53,171 nucleotides of DNA from Chthoniobacteraceae bacterium (GCA_040081625.1 JBEBGD010000030.1:1-53171), one strand, 5' to 3'; counted from the stretch's first letter, positions 1 to 9,563 are shown. The notes: generated by a model not told the origin, from the letters alone. A program made the numbers and translations.

Positions 1-27
1 CGAAGCCACGGCGCCTGCGGCGGGCTT

Positions 28-132
28 AACGCCAAACGCCAAACGCCAAACTTCAAACGCCAAAAGAGGAGTCTCGCGCATGGACAAGCCGTTTGGTGTT
101 TGGCGTTTGGCGTTTGGCGTTTGAAGTTTGGC
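28..132. repeat. Inverted pair of heptamer tandem arrays, (AAACGCC)n ... (GTTTGGC)n
   Basis: 28-64 has about 5 units of AAACGCC including one AAACTTC variant. 91-132 has 6 units of GTTTGGC including one GTTTGGT and one GTTTGAA variant. The arms are reverse complements of the same unit, 26 nt apart, just downstream of pntA. Confidence 0.9.
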
Positions 133-164
133 CGCCCGCAGGGCCCGTCGCTTCTCAAGCAGTT

Positions 165-1292
165 TCATGCGCTGGCGAGCCTTTCGTTCACGATGCTGCC
201 GCCGTGCGTGATGAGGCAGCCCTGGATGATGTCGTCGTCGAGCTTCAAGCGGAATGCCGACGCCTCGCGATCCCAGAACTCCTCGATGAGCGCGGTGAGG
301 TTCGCGGAATAGACCTGGCTGGCGTGCGCGGGCACGCGGCCGGGCAGGTTCGCGATGCCGACGATCTTCACGCCGCGCCGCTCGGCGATCTGGCCGGGCT
401 CGACGTCCTCGACATTCCCGCCGCTCTCGACGGCGAGATCGACCACGACGCTGCCGGGCCGCATCGCGTCGAGCATCTCGCTGGTCACGAGGATCGGCGC
501 GCGGCGGCCGAAGACCTGCGCGGCGGTGATGACGACATCGGACTCGGCGCACACGCGCTTCATCGCATCGCGCTGGAGGCGGAGTTGCTCGTCGGTGAGC
601 GCCTTCGCGTAGCCGCCGGCGGTCTGGCCGGTGTCGCCCACGTCGATCTTCACGAAGCGCGCGCCGAGCGACTTCACCTGCTCCTCCACGATCGGGCGCG
701 TGTCGTAGGCATCGACCTTTGCGCCGAGCCGCTTCGCGGTGGCGATGGCCTGGAGCCCGGCGACGCCCGCGCCGATGATGAAGACGCGCGCGGGCATGAT
801 CGTGCCGGCGGGCGTCATCATCATCGGGAAGATTTTGTCGGAGAGGTCGGCGGCGACGATCACCGCGGCGTAACCGGCGAGGCTGGCCTGCGAGGAGAGC
901 ACGTCCATTTTCTGCGCGCGGGTGGTGCGCGGCACCATCTCCATGCTGATGGCGCTGACGCGGCGCGCGGCGAGCGCGCTGACGAGTTCGGGGGATTGAA
1001 ACGGATCGAGCAGGCCGATGAGCACGGCGTCGGCGCGCATCGAGCCGGCTTCCTCGATCGAGGGTTTGCGCACCTTCAGCACGATGTCGGCGGTGGCGAA
1101 GAGCGCGGCGCGGTCGGTCTTCACCACGGCGCCGGCGGAGGCGTAGGCTTCGTCGCGATGCCCCACATCGCGGCCCAGCCCGGCCTCGATCTCGATGCGC
1201 GCCCCGAGCTTCACGAGCTTCGCCACGTGCTCGGGCACGAGCGCGGCCCGCGTTTCGCCGGCGTGAGTTTCTGCGGGAATGGCGATGGTCAT
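165..1292 (-). CDS. pntA: NAD(P) transhydrogenase subunit alpha, domain I (split PntA part 1)
   Basis: MTIAIPAE..GETRAALVP N-terminus, RAQKMDVLSSQASLAGY, MMMTPAGT, GAGVAGLQAIATAKRLGA and DLAVESGGN. No transmembrane C-terminus. Start placed at ATG 1292. Confidence 0.95.
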   Translation of the reverse strand: MTIAIPAETHAGETRAALVPEHVAKLVKLGARIEIEAGLGRDVGHRDEAYASAGAVVKTDRAALFATADIVLKVRKPSIEEAGSMRADAVLIGLLDPFQSPELVSALAARRVSAISMEMVPRTTRAQKMDVLSSQASLAGYAAVIVAADLSDKIFPMMMTPAGTIMPARVFIIGAGVAGLQAIATAKRLGAKVDAYDTRPIVEEQVKSLGARFVKIDVGDTGQTAGGYAKALTDEQLRLQRDAMKRVCAESDVVITAAQVFGRRAPILVTSEMLDAMRPGSVVVDLAVESGGNVEDVEPGQIAERRGVKIVGIANLPGRVPAHASQVYSANLTALIEEFWDREASAFRLKLDDDIIQGCLITHGGSIVNERLASA

Positions 1293-1354
1293 TGGCAAGG
1301 CGCGCGCGCAGATGCGCTGCAACCGCGCCTGCGATCAAGCCGGATTTTCGGACC

Positions 1355-3478
1355 TCACTTACTCTTCATCACATGCACGGCGGTCCAGCCCTGCGGGGGC
1401 GGCTCGGCGATGTAGGTGCGGCAGTCGGCGAGGTAGTCCTCGCACAGCCAGTCGCCGGGCAGGTCGCGGAGCACGGCCTCGAAGCGCTCGGCCGCGGTGG
1501 CGAAGTCGCGCTTGCGGAAGAGCTGCACTCCTTCCTCGTAGGTGGCGAGCCATGCGGGCGGCTGCACGCCGGGCTGGCGTTCGTCGAGCACGGTGAAGAG
1601 CTCGAGCGGCACCGTCTTCCCCTTCGGTTGATTGAGCCCGACTGTGCGGAGGAAGAAGGCGTCGCGCACGAACGGCTCGACTGATTCGCCGATGATCAGG
1701 TCGAGGTGGTATTCCTTGGTGATGCCCTCGAGCCGGCTCGCGGTGTTGACGGCGTCGCCGATCATCGAGACTTCCATCTTCGCCTCGCAGCCGAGGTTGC
1801 CGACGATCGCTTCGCCGTGGTTGACGCCGATGCCGAACTTGAGCGCGATCATCCCCCGGGGCACCCATTGCGCGTTCAGCTCGGCGAGCCGCTTGCGCAT
1901 TTGCACGGCGGTGCGCACGGCGCTGATGGCGTCCTCTTTTTCTCCCTCGGTGTAAATGCCGCCCCACTGCGCCATGACGGCGTCGCCGATGAATTTGTCG
2001 AGCGTGCCGCGGTTGTCGAAGACGAGGTTGACCATGTGGTCGAAGTATTCGTTGAGTTGCTTGACCAGGGCCCGCGCGTCGGCGCTCTCGGTCATGGTGG
2101 TGAAGCCGCGCACGTCGCTGAAGAGCACGCTCACCCGTTTGCGCGCGCCACCGATGGTGTTGAGGTAGCTCTGCGGGTTGTCGAGGAGTTCCTTGACGAC
2201 GTCGCGCGAGACGTAGCGCTCGAAGGTCTTTCGCATCTTCGCTTTCTCGAGCCGCTCGATGAGCTGCTGCCAGACGGTGGCGATGATGATGGTGCCCGCG
2301 AAGCCGAGCACCGGGCTGAGCACGGGGGCGACGTGGACGGCGTTGAAGGCGACGACGCCGAGGGTGAAGTCCGCGAAGGCGACGGGTGGCACCGTGAGCA
2401 CGCGAACGATGGGGTGGCGGATGAGGCGGATGACGCCCCACGCGAGGAACGCGCCGGCGCACACGAGTGCGATGTCGATCGCCGGCGAAGTCGAGCGCAG
2501 GAATTCGCCGGTGAGCAGCGCGTTGAGCGCGTTGAGATGGAACTCCGGGCCCGCGATGGTGCCGAACGGACTCTCGCCGACGTCCTTCGTGTAGTTTCCC
2601 TCGGGGCCGATGAGCACGATCTTGCCCTTGAAGAATTCGCCGTTCTGGAAGTTGGCCTCCCACATCGCAGGGACGAAGATCGAGTAGAGAGACATGGGCT
2701 TGGTCTCCTCGAGCAGCGTCTCGCCCTTGTAGGCGTAGCGGATGGGGTGATCCCCGCGGCCCGGTGGAATCTTGTCGGCTTCGCCCGCCTGGCGCGCCAT
2801 GCGCGCGGCCATTGATTCGTATTCGACCGCGCCGGGCGGCGCGGGTTTTTGCGCGAGTTCTTCGCGGGTGACGCGGAAGCGCATCTTCCGCACGACGCCG
2901 TCGGGATCGGGGAACATGTTCACGTAGCCGACGCGTGGATCGGCGGCTTCGCCGAGGATGGTCTTTTCCGGCGGGGCGATGCTTGGCATTTGCTGACCGA
3001 GCACGGCGGCGTCGTCGATGTGGCTGCCGAGGACGACGATGTTCTTGTGGCGCTCGATGGCGGCCTTGAGCGCGGCGTCGCCGTCGTCCTCGCCCTTGAA
3101 CATGTAATCGAATGCGACCACGCGTGCGCCGGCACCGGCGAGCCGGTCGAGCACGTCGGCCCAGATCTGGCGCGACCAGACGCGTTTCTTCATCAGCTTG
3201 AGCGTGGGTGAAGCGGCGATCTCGTCTTCCCAGAGCTGGTCGAGGGTGTGGGAGGGGGCGTCGTCGGCGAGGAAGACGATGCGCGGATCCTTCACGGCGG
3301 GCCGTCCGAAGGTGGCGACCAGGTCGCGCATCGCCCACTCGGCACGGAAGAACGGTGAGACGGTCCGGTATTCCCTCGCAAACCACTCGCTCCCGCCGAA
3401 AAGCAGCAGCACCAGCGCGCTCGCGCCGACGGCGGACACTTCGAGGTTGCGATCGTTGAGCCACTTTTTGAGGGACAT
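1355..3478 (-). CDS. CHASE2-domain class III adenylate/guanylate cyclase
   Basis: N-terminal TM, CHASE2 motifs (W.R..WAD.LD.L..AGARVVAFD, PDPDGVVR, KGKIVLIG, GPEFH), three TMs, then a cyclase domain (SVLFSDVRGFT, LDKFIGDAVMA, GIGVNHG..VGNLG, IGDAVNTASRLE) and a TPR-like tail. Start placed at MSLKK (3478). Confidence 0.92.
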   Translation of the reverse strand: MSLKKWLNDRNLEVSAVGASALVLLLFGGSEWFAREYRTVSPFFRAEWAMRDLVATFGRPAVKDPRIVFLADDAPSHTLDQLWEDEIAASPTLKLMKKRVWSRQIWADVLDRLAGAGARVVAFDYMFKGEDDGDAALKAAIERHKNIVVLGSHIDDAAVLGQQMPSIAPPEKTILGEAADPRVGYVNMFPDPDGVVRKMRFRVTREELAQKPAPPGAVEYESMAARMARQAGEADKIPPGRGDHPIRYAYKGETLLEETKPMSLYSIFVPAMWEANFQNGEFFKGKIVLIGPEGNYTKDVGESPFGTIAGPEFHLNALNALLTGEFLRSTSPAIDIALVCAGAFLAWGVIRLIRHPIVRVLTVPPVAFADFTLGVVAFNAVHVAPVLSPVLGFAGTIIIATVWQQLIERLEKAKMRKTFERYVSRDVVKELLDNPQSYLNTIGGARKRVSVLFSDVRGFTTMTESADARALVKQLNEYFDHMVNLVFDNRGTLDKFIGDAVMAQWGGIYTEGEKEDAISAVRTAVQMRKRLAELNAQWVPRGMIALKFGIGVNHGEAIVGNLGCEAKMEVSMIGDAVNTASRLEGITKEYHLDLIIGESVEPFVRDAFFLRTVGLNQPKGKTVPLELFTVLDERQPGVQPPAWLATYEEGVQLFRKRDFATAAERFEAVLRDLPGDWLCEDYLADCRTYIAEPPPQGWTAVHVMKSK

Positions 3479-3587
3479 GGTGCGGGTTCTTACGTGGGGA
3501 CGCGCGGGCCGTCGAGCCGGGCTTTGCACTGGCGGGCGGGTCCAAATCGTTGCTTGACGGCGGTCCCTGCATTTGTGAAGTGGCGCC

Positions 3588-4382
3588 GTGCTTTTGCCCA
3601 ACCAGTTCCGCACCTCCCTCTTCGCCGTCGCCGTGTCGCTCCTCGCGGGCGCGGTCGCCCAGGCCGTGGTGCCTTTCACGAAGGCCACCGTCTCGCGCAC
3701 GCAGAACACGGTGACTTTCGGTGAGACCGTTGGCACGGCGCGCCGCCCGGCACAGAGCGGCGATGTGATCCGCGCCGCGAGCTATCTGCTGACCGAGACG
3801 GATGCGCGCGCGGAACTCAAATACGAGGACGGCTCGATCGTGCGGATCGGGCAGAACACGGTGTTCACATTCGAGGCCGACACGCGGACGCTCTCGCTCG
3901 AGAAGGGGTCGCTGATTTTCCACATCCCGAAGGGCCAGGGCGGCGGGACGGTGCGCACGGCATCGATCACCGCGGCGATCACCGGCACGATCGGCAAGTG
4001 CGCGGACAACATGATCGCGATCCTCGAGGGTGAGGTGAAGCTGATCCCGTCGGGGCGCATCGTGCCGGCGGGTTCATTCGCCATGGCGAACCCGGACGGA
4101 ACGATCACCATCGCGCCCTTCGACCCGGAGAAGGCGATGGGCGGGAAGCTGATGGAGTTTGGCGGGCCGCTCGCGGACTTCGACGAGACGAGCCTCTTCC
4201 TCAAGCCGCGGATCACCAACCCCGTGCAGGGCCTGCTCGACCAGATGGAGACGCAGGATCGCACCGGCAATCAGCCGGGCGCGCAGCAGCTCTTCAAGCG
4301 GCCCGACGTGGTGCTGCCCGGCACTCGGGTGACCGTGCCGCCCCCCACCTCGAAGCCCGGCAATAACGACGGCCAATATTAA
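3588..4382 (+). CDS. Secreted FecR-domain protein
   Basis: Signal peptide ending AVAQA. FecR-type motifs T..DARAELKYEDGSIVRIGQNT.F, LEKGSL, VRT..TAAITGT, ILEGEV. Pro-rich tail. Confidence 0.85.
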   Translation: MLLPNQFRTSLFAVAVSLLAGAVAQAVVPFTKATVSRTQNTVTFGETVGTARRPAQSGDVIRAASYLLTETDARAELKYEDGSIVRIGQNTVFTFEADTRTLSLEKGSLIFHIPKGQGGGTVRTASITAAITGTIGKCADNMIAILEGEVKLIPSGRIVPAGSFAMANPDGTITIAPFDPEKAMGGKLMEFGGPLADFDETSLFLKPRITNPVQGLLDQMETQDRTGNQPGAQQLFKRPDVVLPGTRVTVPPPTSKPGNNDGQY

Positions 4383-4388
4383 CCTGCG

Positions 4389-5243
4389 ATGAAACGACTG
4401 TTCATTTCCCTGCTGACTCTCGCCACCCTCCTGCCCGCGATGTCGGCGCGTGCGGGCTCATCGCTCAGTTCATCGGGCCTTTCCGCGGCCCAGATCGAAG
4501 ACCTCGGCGACATCACCGAGGCGGATGAAAGCGCGGTGAAATCGAAGTTCCGCTCGAGCGTGAATGTGAAGGGCGAGTTCACTTCCAACGCGCTGCTGAC
4601 CGGGAACAACAGCAGCAACGACTTCGTCTTCCTGCCCGTGGTTGATTTCGGCTACACGCAGCCGCTCGGGCCGAAGTTTTCGATCGACCTCGCGGCGAAG
4701 ATCGAGCTGGGGCTCTACGCGAACCACGACGAGCGCGCCTTCATCGGCTACAGCGTGAAGGCCACGCTCGACTATCATCCGCGGCCAAACCTGCCGCGCT
4801 TTTACGTGGGCGTGGAGCCTTATCGCTACGACAGCCTCGACCTCGGCGACCGCATCACGCAGGCCATCGGCTTCAGCGCGGGCACCGACTGGGGCTACGC
4901 GTTCAATAACGGGCACTCATTGGTCTTTACCGGCTTCAGCTACACGGGCTACGTCGCCGACCCGACCTCCGACACGCGCAACACGCTCAAGTATGTCGTC
5001 GGCCTCTCGCACCAGTTCCGCCCGGACCTCACGGCAAATGTTTTCTACGCGCTGCAATACAACGACTTCATCAACTTCGACCGGCACGACTGGAAGCACG
5101 TCGCCGGGTTGAACCTGATCTACCAGTTTCATCGCGATTGGTTCGGGACGCTCAGCGGCGCCTTTGCCGACAACGACTCGGACGTGAACATCGCGACCTA
5201 TCAGAGCGTGAGCGGGTCGCTCGGGTTGACGTATCAATTCTAA
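4389..5243 (+). CDS. Outer-membrane beta-barrel protein
   Basis: Signal peptide ending SARA, alternating aromatic/hydrophobic beta-strands, C-terminal LGLTYQF with terminal Phe. Lies 6 nt after the FecR gene. Confidence 0.8.
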   Translation: MKRLFISLLTLATLLPAMSARAGSSLSSSGLSAAQIEDLGDITEADESAVKSKFRSSVNVKGEFTSNALLTGNNSSNDFVFLPVVDFGYTQPLGPKFSIDLAAKIELGLYANHDERAFIGYSVKATLDYHPRPNLPRFYVGVEPYRYDSLDLGDRITQAIGFSAGTDWGYAFNNGHSLVFTGFSYTGYVADPTSDTRNTLKYVVGLSHQFRPDLTANVFYALQYNDFINFDRHDWKHVAGLNLIYQFHRDWFGTLSGAFADNDSDVNIATYQSVSGSLGLTYQF

Positions 5244-5334
5244 AAAAGCGGCGGCATCGGCGCCTGATGTCACGGTTTGGTGTCGGGTGTATCGCTCGTT
5301 GACCCGCTGCACGCACGACCCTAGATAACGCGCC

Positions 5335-7800
5335 ATGTTCCGCCGCCTTTCCGCCGCTCTCCTGCTTGCCGCCGTGCTGGGAGCGCGCGTCCTCGCCCAA
5401 GCCCTGCCGGGACAGGACACCGTCAAGCTCCAGTTCTCCCCGCAGTCCGACGTAAAGGAGATCCTCTCCCTCTACGAAACACTCACTGGCCGGCGGCTGA
5501 TCTACGACGCCACGGTGCAGGGCCCGGTGCCGCTGCTCATCAACATGCCCGTGGCCAAGGACGAGGCGATCAAGATCATGGAGATCGCGCTGCTGATGAA
5601 CCAGTTCTCGCTCGTGCCGACCGAGGACCCGAAGATTTGGAAAGTCTTCGGCATCGGGAAGAACCCGCGCAGCGGCGGCGTGCCGATTTACACCGACGCG
5701 AATCTGCTGCCCGACAACGAGCAGATCGTCAGCTACCTCTTCAAGATCCAATACGCCGACCCGACAGAACTGGCGACGCAACTCGGCCAGGCCTTCCCCG
5801 CGAATCCCGTGCTGCAAGGCGCGTCGATGGTGCCGCTGCCCAAGGCGCAGGCGCTGCTCGTGACGGAGAACACGGCCATCATCCGCCAGATCGTGCGCAT
5901 CGTGCAGGAGCTCGATGTGCAGCCGGCCATGGTCGAGAGCAGATTCTTCCCGCTCGAGCGCGCCGACGCGAAGGACATCCAGGAAAAGCTCACCGAAATC
6001 CTCACGAAGAAGGAAGCCACGGCCACGACCGCGCCGGGCGCACAGCCGGGCGGACAGCCGCGTGTCGTCCGCACGCAGACGACGCCCGAGGGGCTGCCGC
6101 TTCCCGGCGGGAATACGGCTGCTGCGGGGGAGGTCACCGCGACGAGCGTGGAGATCAACGTCGGGCCGACCGAAGAGAGCTTCGTCTCCGGCAAAGTGAA
6201 GATCACCGCCGATACGCGCACCAACCGCCTGCACATCATCGCGCGCCCGAAGGCGATGGAGGAGATCGCCAAGCTCATCGCGGAATTCGACGCGAACGTT
6301 CCCTTCGGCGAGCCGAGCGTTTATCCGCTGCGATTCGTCAGCGCGGGCGATGTCTTCCAGGTGATCGTGAAAGCGATCTCCGATCCGGGGCAGCAGGAGC
6401 AGGCCGGAGCCAGCGGCGCGCAAGGAGGTAACCGCACCGGCCAGACCGCCACGCGCACGGGCAATACCGGCAGCATCCTCGGCAACAACACCAACTCGGG
6501 CCGCTTCGGTGAGAGCGGCATCGGCGGCGGCGGCGGCGGCAGCAGCCAGACGCTCAGCGAGAGCCTCAACGCCGAGGAGCGCGACATCGTTCCGGACGCC
6601 GTCACCGTCGGCAATGCGCGCGTCATCGCCGACAAGCGCGCGAACGCGATCATCGTGGTGGGCAACCAGGACGTGAAGGAGAAGCTCTTCGCCGTCATCA
6701 AGCAGCTCGATGTGCGCGCCCCGCAAGTCATGCTGCACACCTGCATCGGGCAGCTCACGCTTTCGGAGAATGAGCAGTTCGGCGTGAACTACATCGTCAA
6801 CCAAAGCCGCGACCTTGCGAACTTCTCCGGCGGAGCCGCAGCCGCTCCTGGCGGCACCCCTGCTCCGAGCGCCGGCGGCAGCGTGCTCAGCTTCAATGGA
6901 AATTCGCCCCTGCTCAACATCGCCAACCTCCTGAGCCAGGAACAGGTGCGCAACATCGCCGTCGGCGGCGCCACGGGTCTCAGCGGATTCTTCACCGGCG
7001 GCAATGCCTTCAACGCCATCGTCACCGCGCTCGAGTCCACCACCAAGTTCCGCGTCGTCAGCCGTCCGGTCATCTTCACCACCAACAACAAGAAAGCCGT
7101 CATCTCGAGCGGCGAGGAAATCGCCGTGCCGACGACCATCCAGAGCGGCTTCGGCGGCAGCAATACGGCCAACAACGGGCTCGTGACCAACTCGAGCATT
7201 TCCTACAAAAACGTCGCCCTCACGCTAGAGGTGCTGCCGCTCATCAATGCCGACGACGAGGTCTATATGGACATCGTCCAGAAGATCGATGAGCAGAGCG
7301 GCTCCGATACGATCGACGGCAACGCCATTCCACGCATCGCGTCGCGCGTATTGAAGACCAGCGTCTCCGTGCCCAATGGCGCGACGCTCGTGCTCGGCGG
7401 GCTGATCAAGCAGCGCAATACCAAGTCCTTCAGCGGCATCCCGCTGCTCAGCCGCCTCCCGCTCCTCGGCGGGCTGTTTCGCACCACGACCTACGACAAG
7501 AGCCGCGAGGAACTCGTCATCCTCATCCGGCCAGTGGTGACCAATACGCCGGACGACAGCGTGCGCGCCACCGAAGACGAGAGCGAGTTCCTGCGCATGG
7601 AACCGGACCTCGAGCGCACGCTCAACGACCCGCAAGTGCGCCAGCGCACGGCGCTCCCGGAGGAACTCCTCCGCACACCGGCCGCGCCCGGCTTGCGCGG
7701 CGAAGCGCCCAAGCCACGCCCGTATAGCGGCCGGCCGACGTTTGAAAAGCCGGTGCCCGAGGTCCGTCGTGCGGTTCCCGTGAATCCGCCGGCGCGATGA
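5335..7800 (+). CDS. gspD: Type II secretion system secretin
   Basis: Signal peptide, N0-N3 repeats (ADTRTNRLHI, ADKRANAIIV, IKQLDVRAPQVML), secretin core (TTNNKKAVISSGEEIAVP, LVLGGLI, GIPLLSRLPLLGGLFR, REELVILIRP). Confidence 0.92.
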   Translation: MFRRLSAALLLAAVLGARVLAQALPGQDTVKLQFSPQSDVKEILSLYETLTGRRLIYDATVQGPVPLLINMPVAKDEAIKIMEIALLMNQFSLVPTEDPKIWKVFGIGKNPRSGGVPIYTDANLLPDNEQIVSYLFKIQYADPTELATQLGQAFPANPVLQGASMVPLPKAQALLVTENTAIIRQIVRIVQELDVQPAMVESRFFPLERADAKDIQEKLTEILTKKEATATTAPGAQPGGQPRVVRTQTTPEGLPLPGGNTAAAGEVTATSVEINVGPTEESFVSGKVKITADTRTNRLHIIARPKAMEEIAKLIAEFDANVPFGEPSVYPLRFVSAGDVFQVIVKAISDPGQQEQAGASGAQGGNRTGQTATRTGNTGSILGNNTNSGRFGESGIGGGGGGSSQTLSESLNAEERDIVPDAVTVGNARVIADKRANAIIVVGNQDVKEKLFAVIKQLDVRAPQVMLHTCIGQLTLSENEQFGVNYIVNQSRDLANFSGGAAAAPGGTPAPSAGGSVLSFNGNSPLLNIANLLSQEQVRNIAVGGATGLSGFFTGGNAFNAIVTALESTTKFRVVSRPVIFTTNNKKAVISSGEEIAVPTTIQSGFGGSNTANNGLVTNSSISYKNVALTLEVLPLINADDEVYMDIVQKIDEQSGSDTIDGNAIPRIASRVLKTSVSVPNGATLVLGGLIKQRNTKSFSGIPLLSRLPLLGGLFRTTTYDKSREELVILIRPVVTNTPDDSVRATEDESEFLRMEPDLERTLNDPQVRQRTALPEELLRTPAAPGLRGEAPKPRPYSGRPTFEKPVPEVRRAVPVNPPAR

Positions 7801-9509
7801 CTTCCCGCAAGGCGCTCGTGGATGTGCTCATCGCGGCGGGGGTCCCCGACGATGATGCAGTGACCCTCGCGGCGATCACGCCGCCGTCCGGTTCGTCGTG
7901 GACGAATGAAGTGCTCAACTCGGGCAAGGTGGATGAAATGAAGTTCTCCGCCGAACTCGCGCGCCTCTTTCACGAGCCATGCGAAACCGTCGAGCCCTCG
8001 AAGGTCGATCGCGCCGCCCTCCAGCTCCTGCCGAGCCGCTTCGTCTTCAAGCACCACATGCTCCCGCTCGGCCAGACCGAGGACACCATCCGCCTCGCCA
8101 CCTACGACGTCTTCAACGCCGGCGCCCGCAAGCACGCCATCCAGGCGCTGCCCGGCAAAAAGATCGACTGGGTCGTCGTGCCGCGCGGCCAGTTGCTGCG
8201 CTGCATCAAGGCCGTCTATGGCGTCGGTGCCGAGACCTTCGAGGAGATCCTCGCCAACGCCAAGACCTACGCCGACGCCCTCGACCACGAGAAGGCCCAG
8301 GACATCACCGGCGACGACCCCGAGGCCAGCGTCGTCAAATTCGTCAACCAGATCATCCGTGAAGCCATCGTCGAGCGCGCCACCGACATCCACGTCGAGC
8401 CGCTCGAAAACGACCTGCGCATCCGCTACCGCATCGACGGCATCCTTCACGAAGTCGCCGTGCCGCCGCAGCTCCGCGTGCTCCAGAGCGCCATCATCAG
8501 CCGCCTAAAGGTCATGTCCCACATGGACATCGCCGACCGCCGCCTGCCGCAGGACGGCCGTATCAACCTCACCACCGGCGCCGGCGCGATCGACGTGCGC
8601 GTCTCGACCATCCCGACCGTGAATGGCGAATCCATCTCGCTGCGTCTGCTCAGCCGCAGCGAGACGCTCACCTTCGGCATCGACCGCCTCGACATGAGCG
8701 AGGCGCAGGTCGCCAGCGTCAAAAAACTGCTCGCGCTGCCCAACGGCATCATCCTCGTCACCGGCCCCACGGGCTCGGGCAAATCGACGTCGCTCTACAC
8801 CTTCCTCACCACGATCAACCAGCCGAGCCGCCGCATCATCACCGTCGAGGAGCCGGTCGAGTATCGCCTCGCCGGCGTCTCGCAGATCGACGTGAAACCC
8901 GAGATCGGCCTCACCTTCGCCAACGGCCTGCGCGCCATCCTTCGCCAGGATCCGAACATCGTCATGGTCGGCGAAATCCGCGACTTCGAGACCGCCGAGA
9001 TCGCCATCCGCGCGGCGATGACGGGCCACCTCGTCTTCTCCACGCTGCACACCAACGACGCCGTGAGCGGCATCACGCGATTGCTCGACATGGGCATCGA
9101 GCCCTTCCTGCTCGCGAGCGTCGTGCGCGCCTTCATCGCGCAGCGGCTCGTGCGCACCATTTGTCCCGACTGCAAAACCGAGACCGGCTACGACCTCGAC
9201 TACCTCAAGGAGATCGGCGCGCAGATCCCGAAGGACATGAAGTTCTACAAGGGTCGCGGCTGCGATCACTGCCGCCACACCGGCTACCGCGGCCGCTCCG
9301 CCATCTACGAAATCTGCCTCGTCACCGAGCCGCTGCGCCGCCTCGTGATGAAGAAAGGCACCGGCAGCGAACTCAAGCAGCAAGCCACCAAGGACGGCAT
9401 GAACACCCTGCGCCAGGACGGCTGGCGCCGCGTGCTTCGCGCCCAGACCACCGTCGAGGAAGTCGTGCGCGTGACCCAGCAGGACGAAGACATCTCGGTG
9501 ACCGAGTAG
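7797..9509 (+). CDS. gspE: GspE/PilB-family secretion ATPase
   Basis: ATDIHVEP, RRLPQDGRI, Walker A GPTGSGKST, LRQDPNIVMVGEIRD, TGHLVFSTLHTND, and a tetracysteine CPDC...CDHC. ATGA overlap with gspD. Confidence 0.93.
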   Translation: MTSRKALVDVLIAAGVPDDDAVTLAAITPPSGSSWTNEVLNSGKVDEMKFSAELARLFHEPCETVEPSKVDRAALQLLPSRFVFKHHMLPLGQTEDTIRLATYDVFNAGARKHAIQALPGKKIDWVVVPRGQLLRCIKAVYGVGAETFEEILANAKTYADALDHEKAQDITGDDPEASVVKFVNQIIREAIVERATDIHVEPLENDLRIRYRIDGILHEVAVPPQLRVLQSAIISRLKVMSHMDIADRRLPQDGRINLTTGAGAIDVRVSTIPTVNGESISLRLLSRSETLTFGIDRLDMSEAQVASVKKLLALPNGIILVTGPTGSGKSTSLYTFLTTINQPSRRIITVEEPVEYRLAGVSQIDVKPEIGLTFANGLRAILRQDPNIVMVGEIRDFETAEIAIRAAMTGHLVFSTLHTNDAVSGITRLLDMGIEPFLLASVVRAFIAQRLVRTICPDCKTETGYDLDYLKEIGAQIPKDMKFYKGRGCDHCRHTGYRGRSAIYEICLVTEPLRRLVMKKGTGSELKQQATKDGMNTLRQDGWRRVLRAQTTVEEVVRVTQQDEDISVTE

Positions 9510-9563
9510 CGCCGTTCACGGCTTGCGCGTGCAGCGGCGGGCGGCGAGTCTCCGCGCCCCGAA

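Noticed and set aside
28..132. Possible CRISPR array or telomere-like repeat
   Set aside because: The units are contiguous 7-mers with no unique spacers, and there are no cas genes in the window.
93..1415. 440-aa plus-strand ORF and similar long alternative-frame ORFs (1359-3923, 5152-6804, 9902-11956, 17450-20722, 33057-35096, 47228-49315, 50288-53065)
   Set aside because: These are antisense or off-frame shadows of well-supported genes. They are Arg/Ala/Gly-rich with no motifs, as expected at this GC content.
3479..3736. N-terminal extension of the cyclase ORF overlapping the FecR gene
   Set aside because: It is antisense to the FecR signal peptide. The ATG at 3478 gives a normal TM-first CHASE2 protein.
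6523..6540. (GGC)6 repeat in gspD as a phase-variation tract
   Set aside because: An in-frame triplet encoding a Gly linker in a low-complexity loop typical of secretins. Slippage would not shift the frame.
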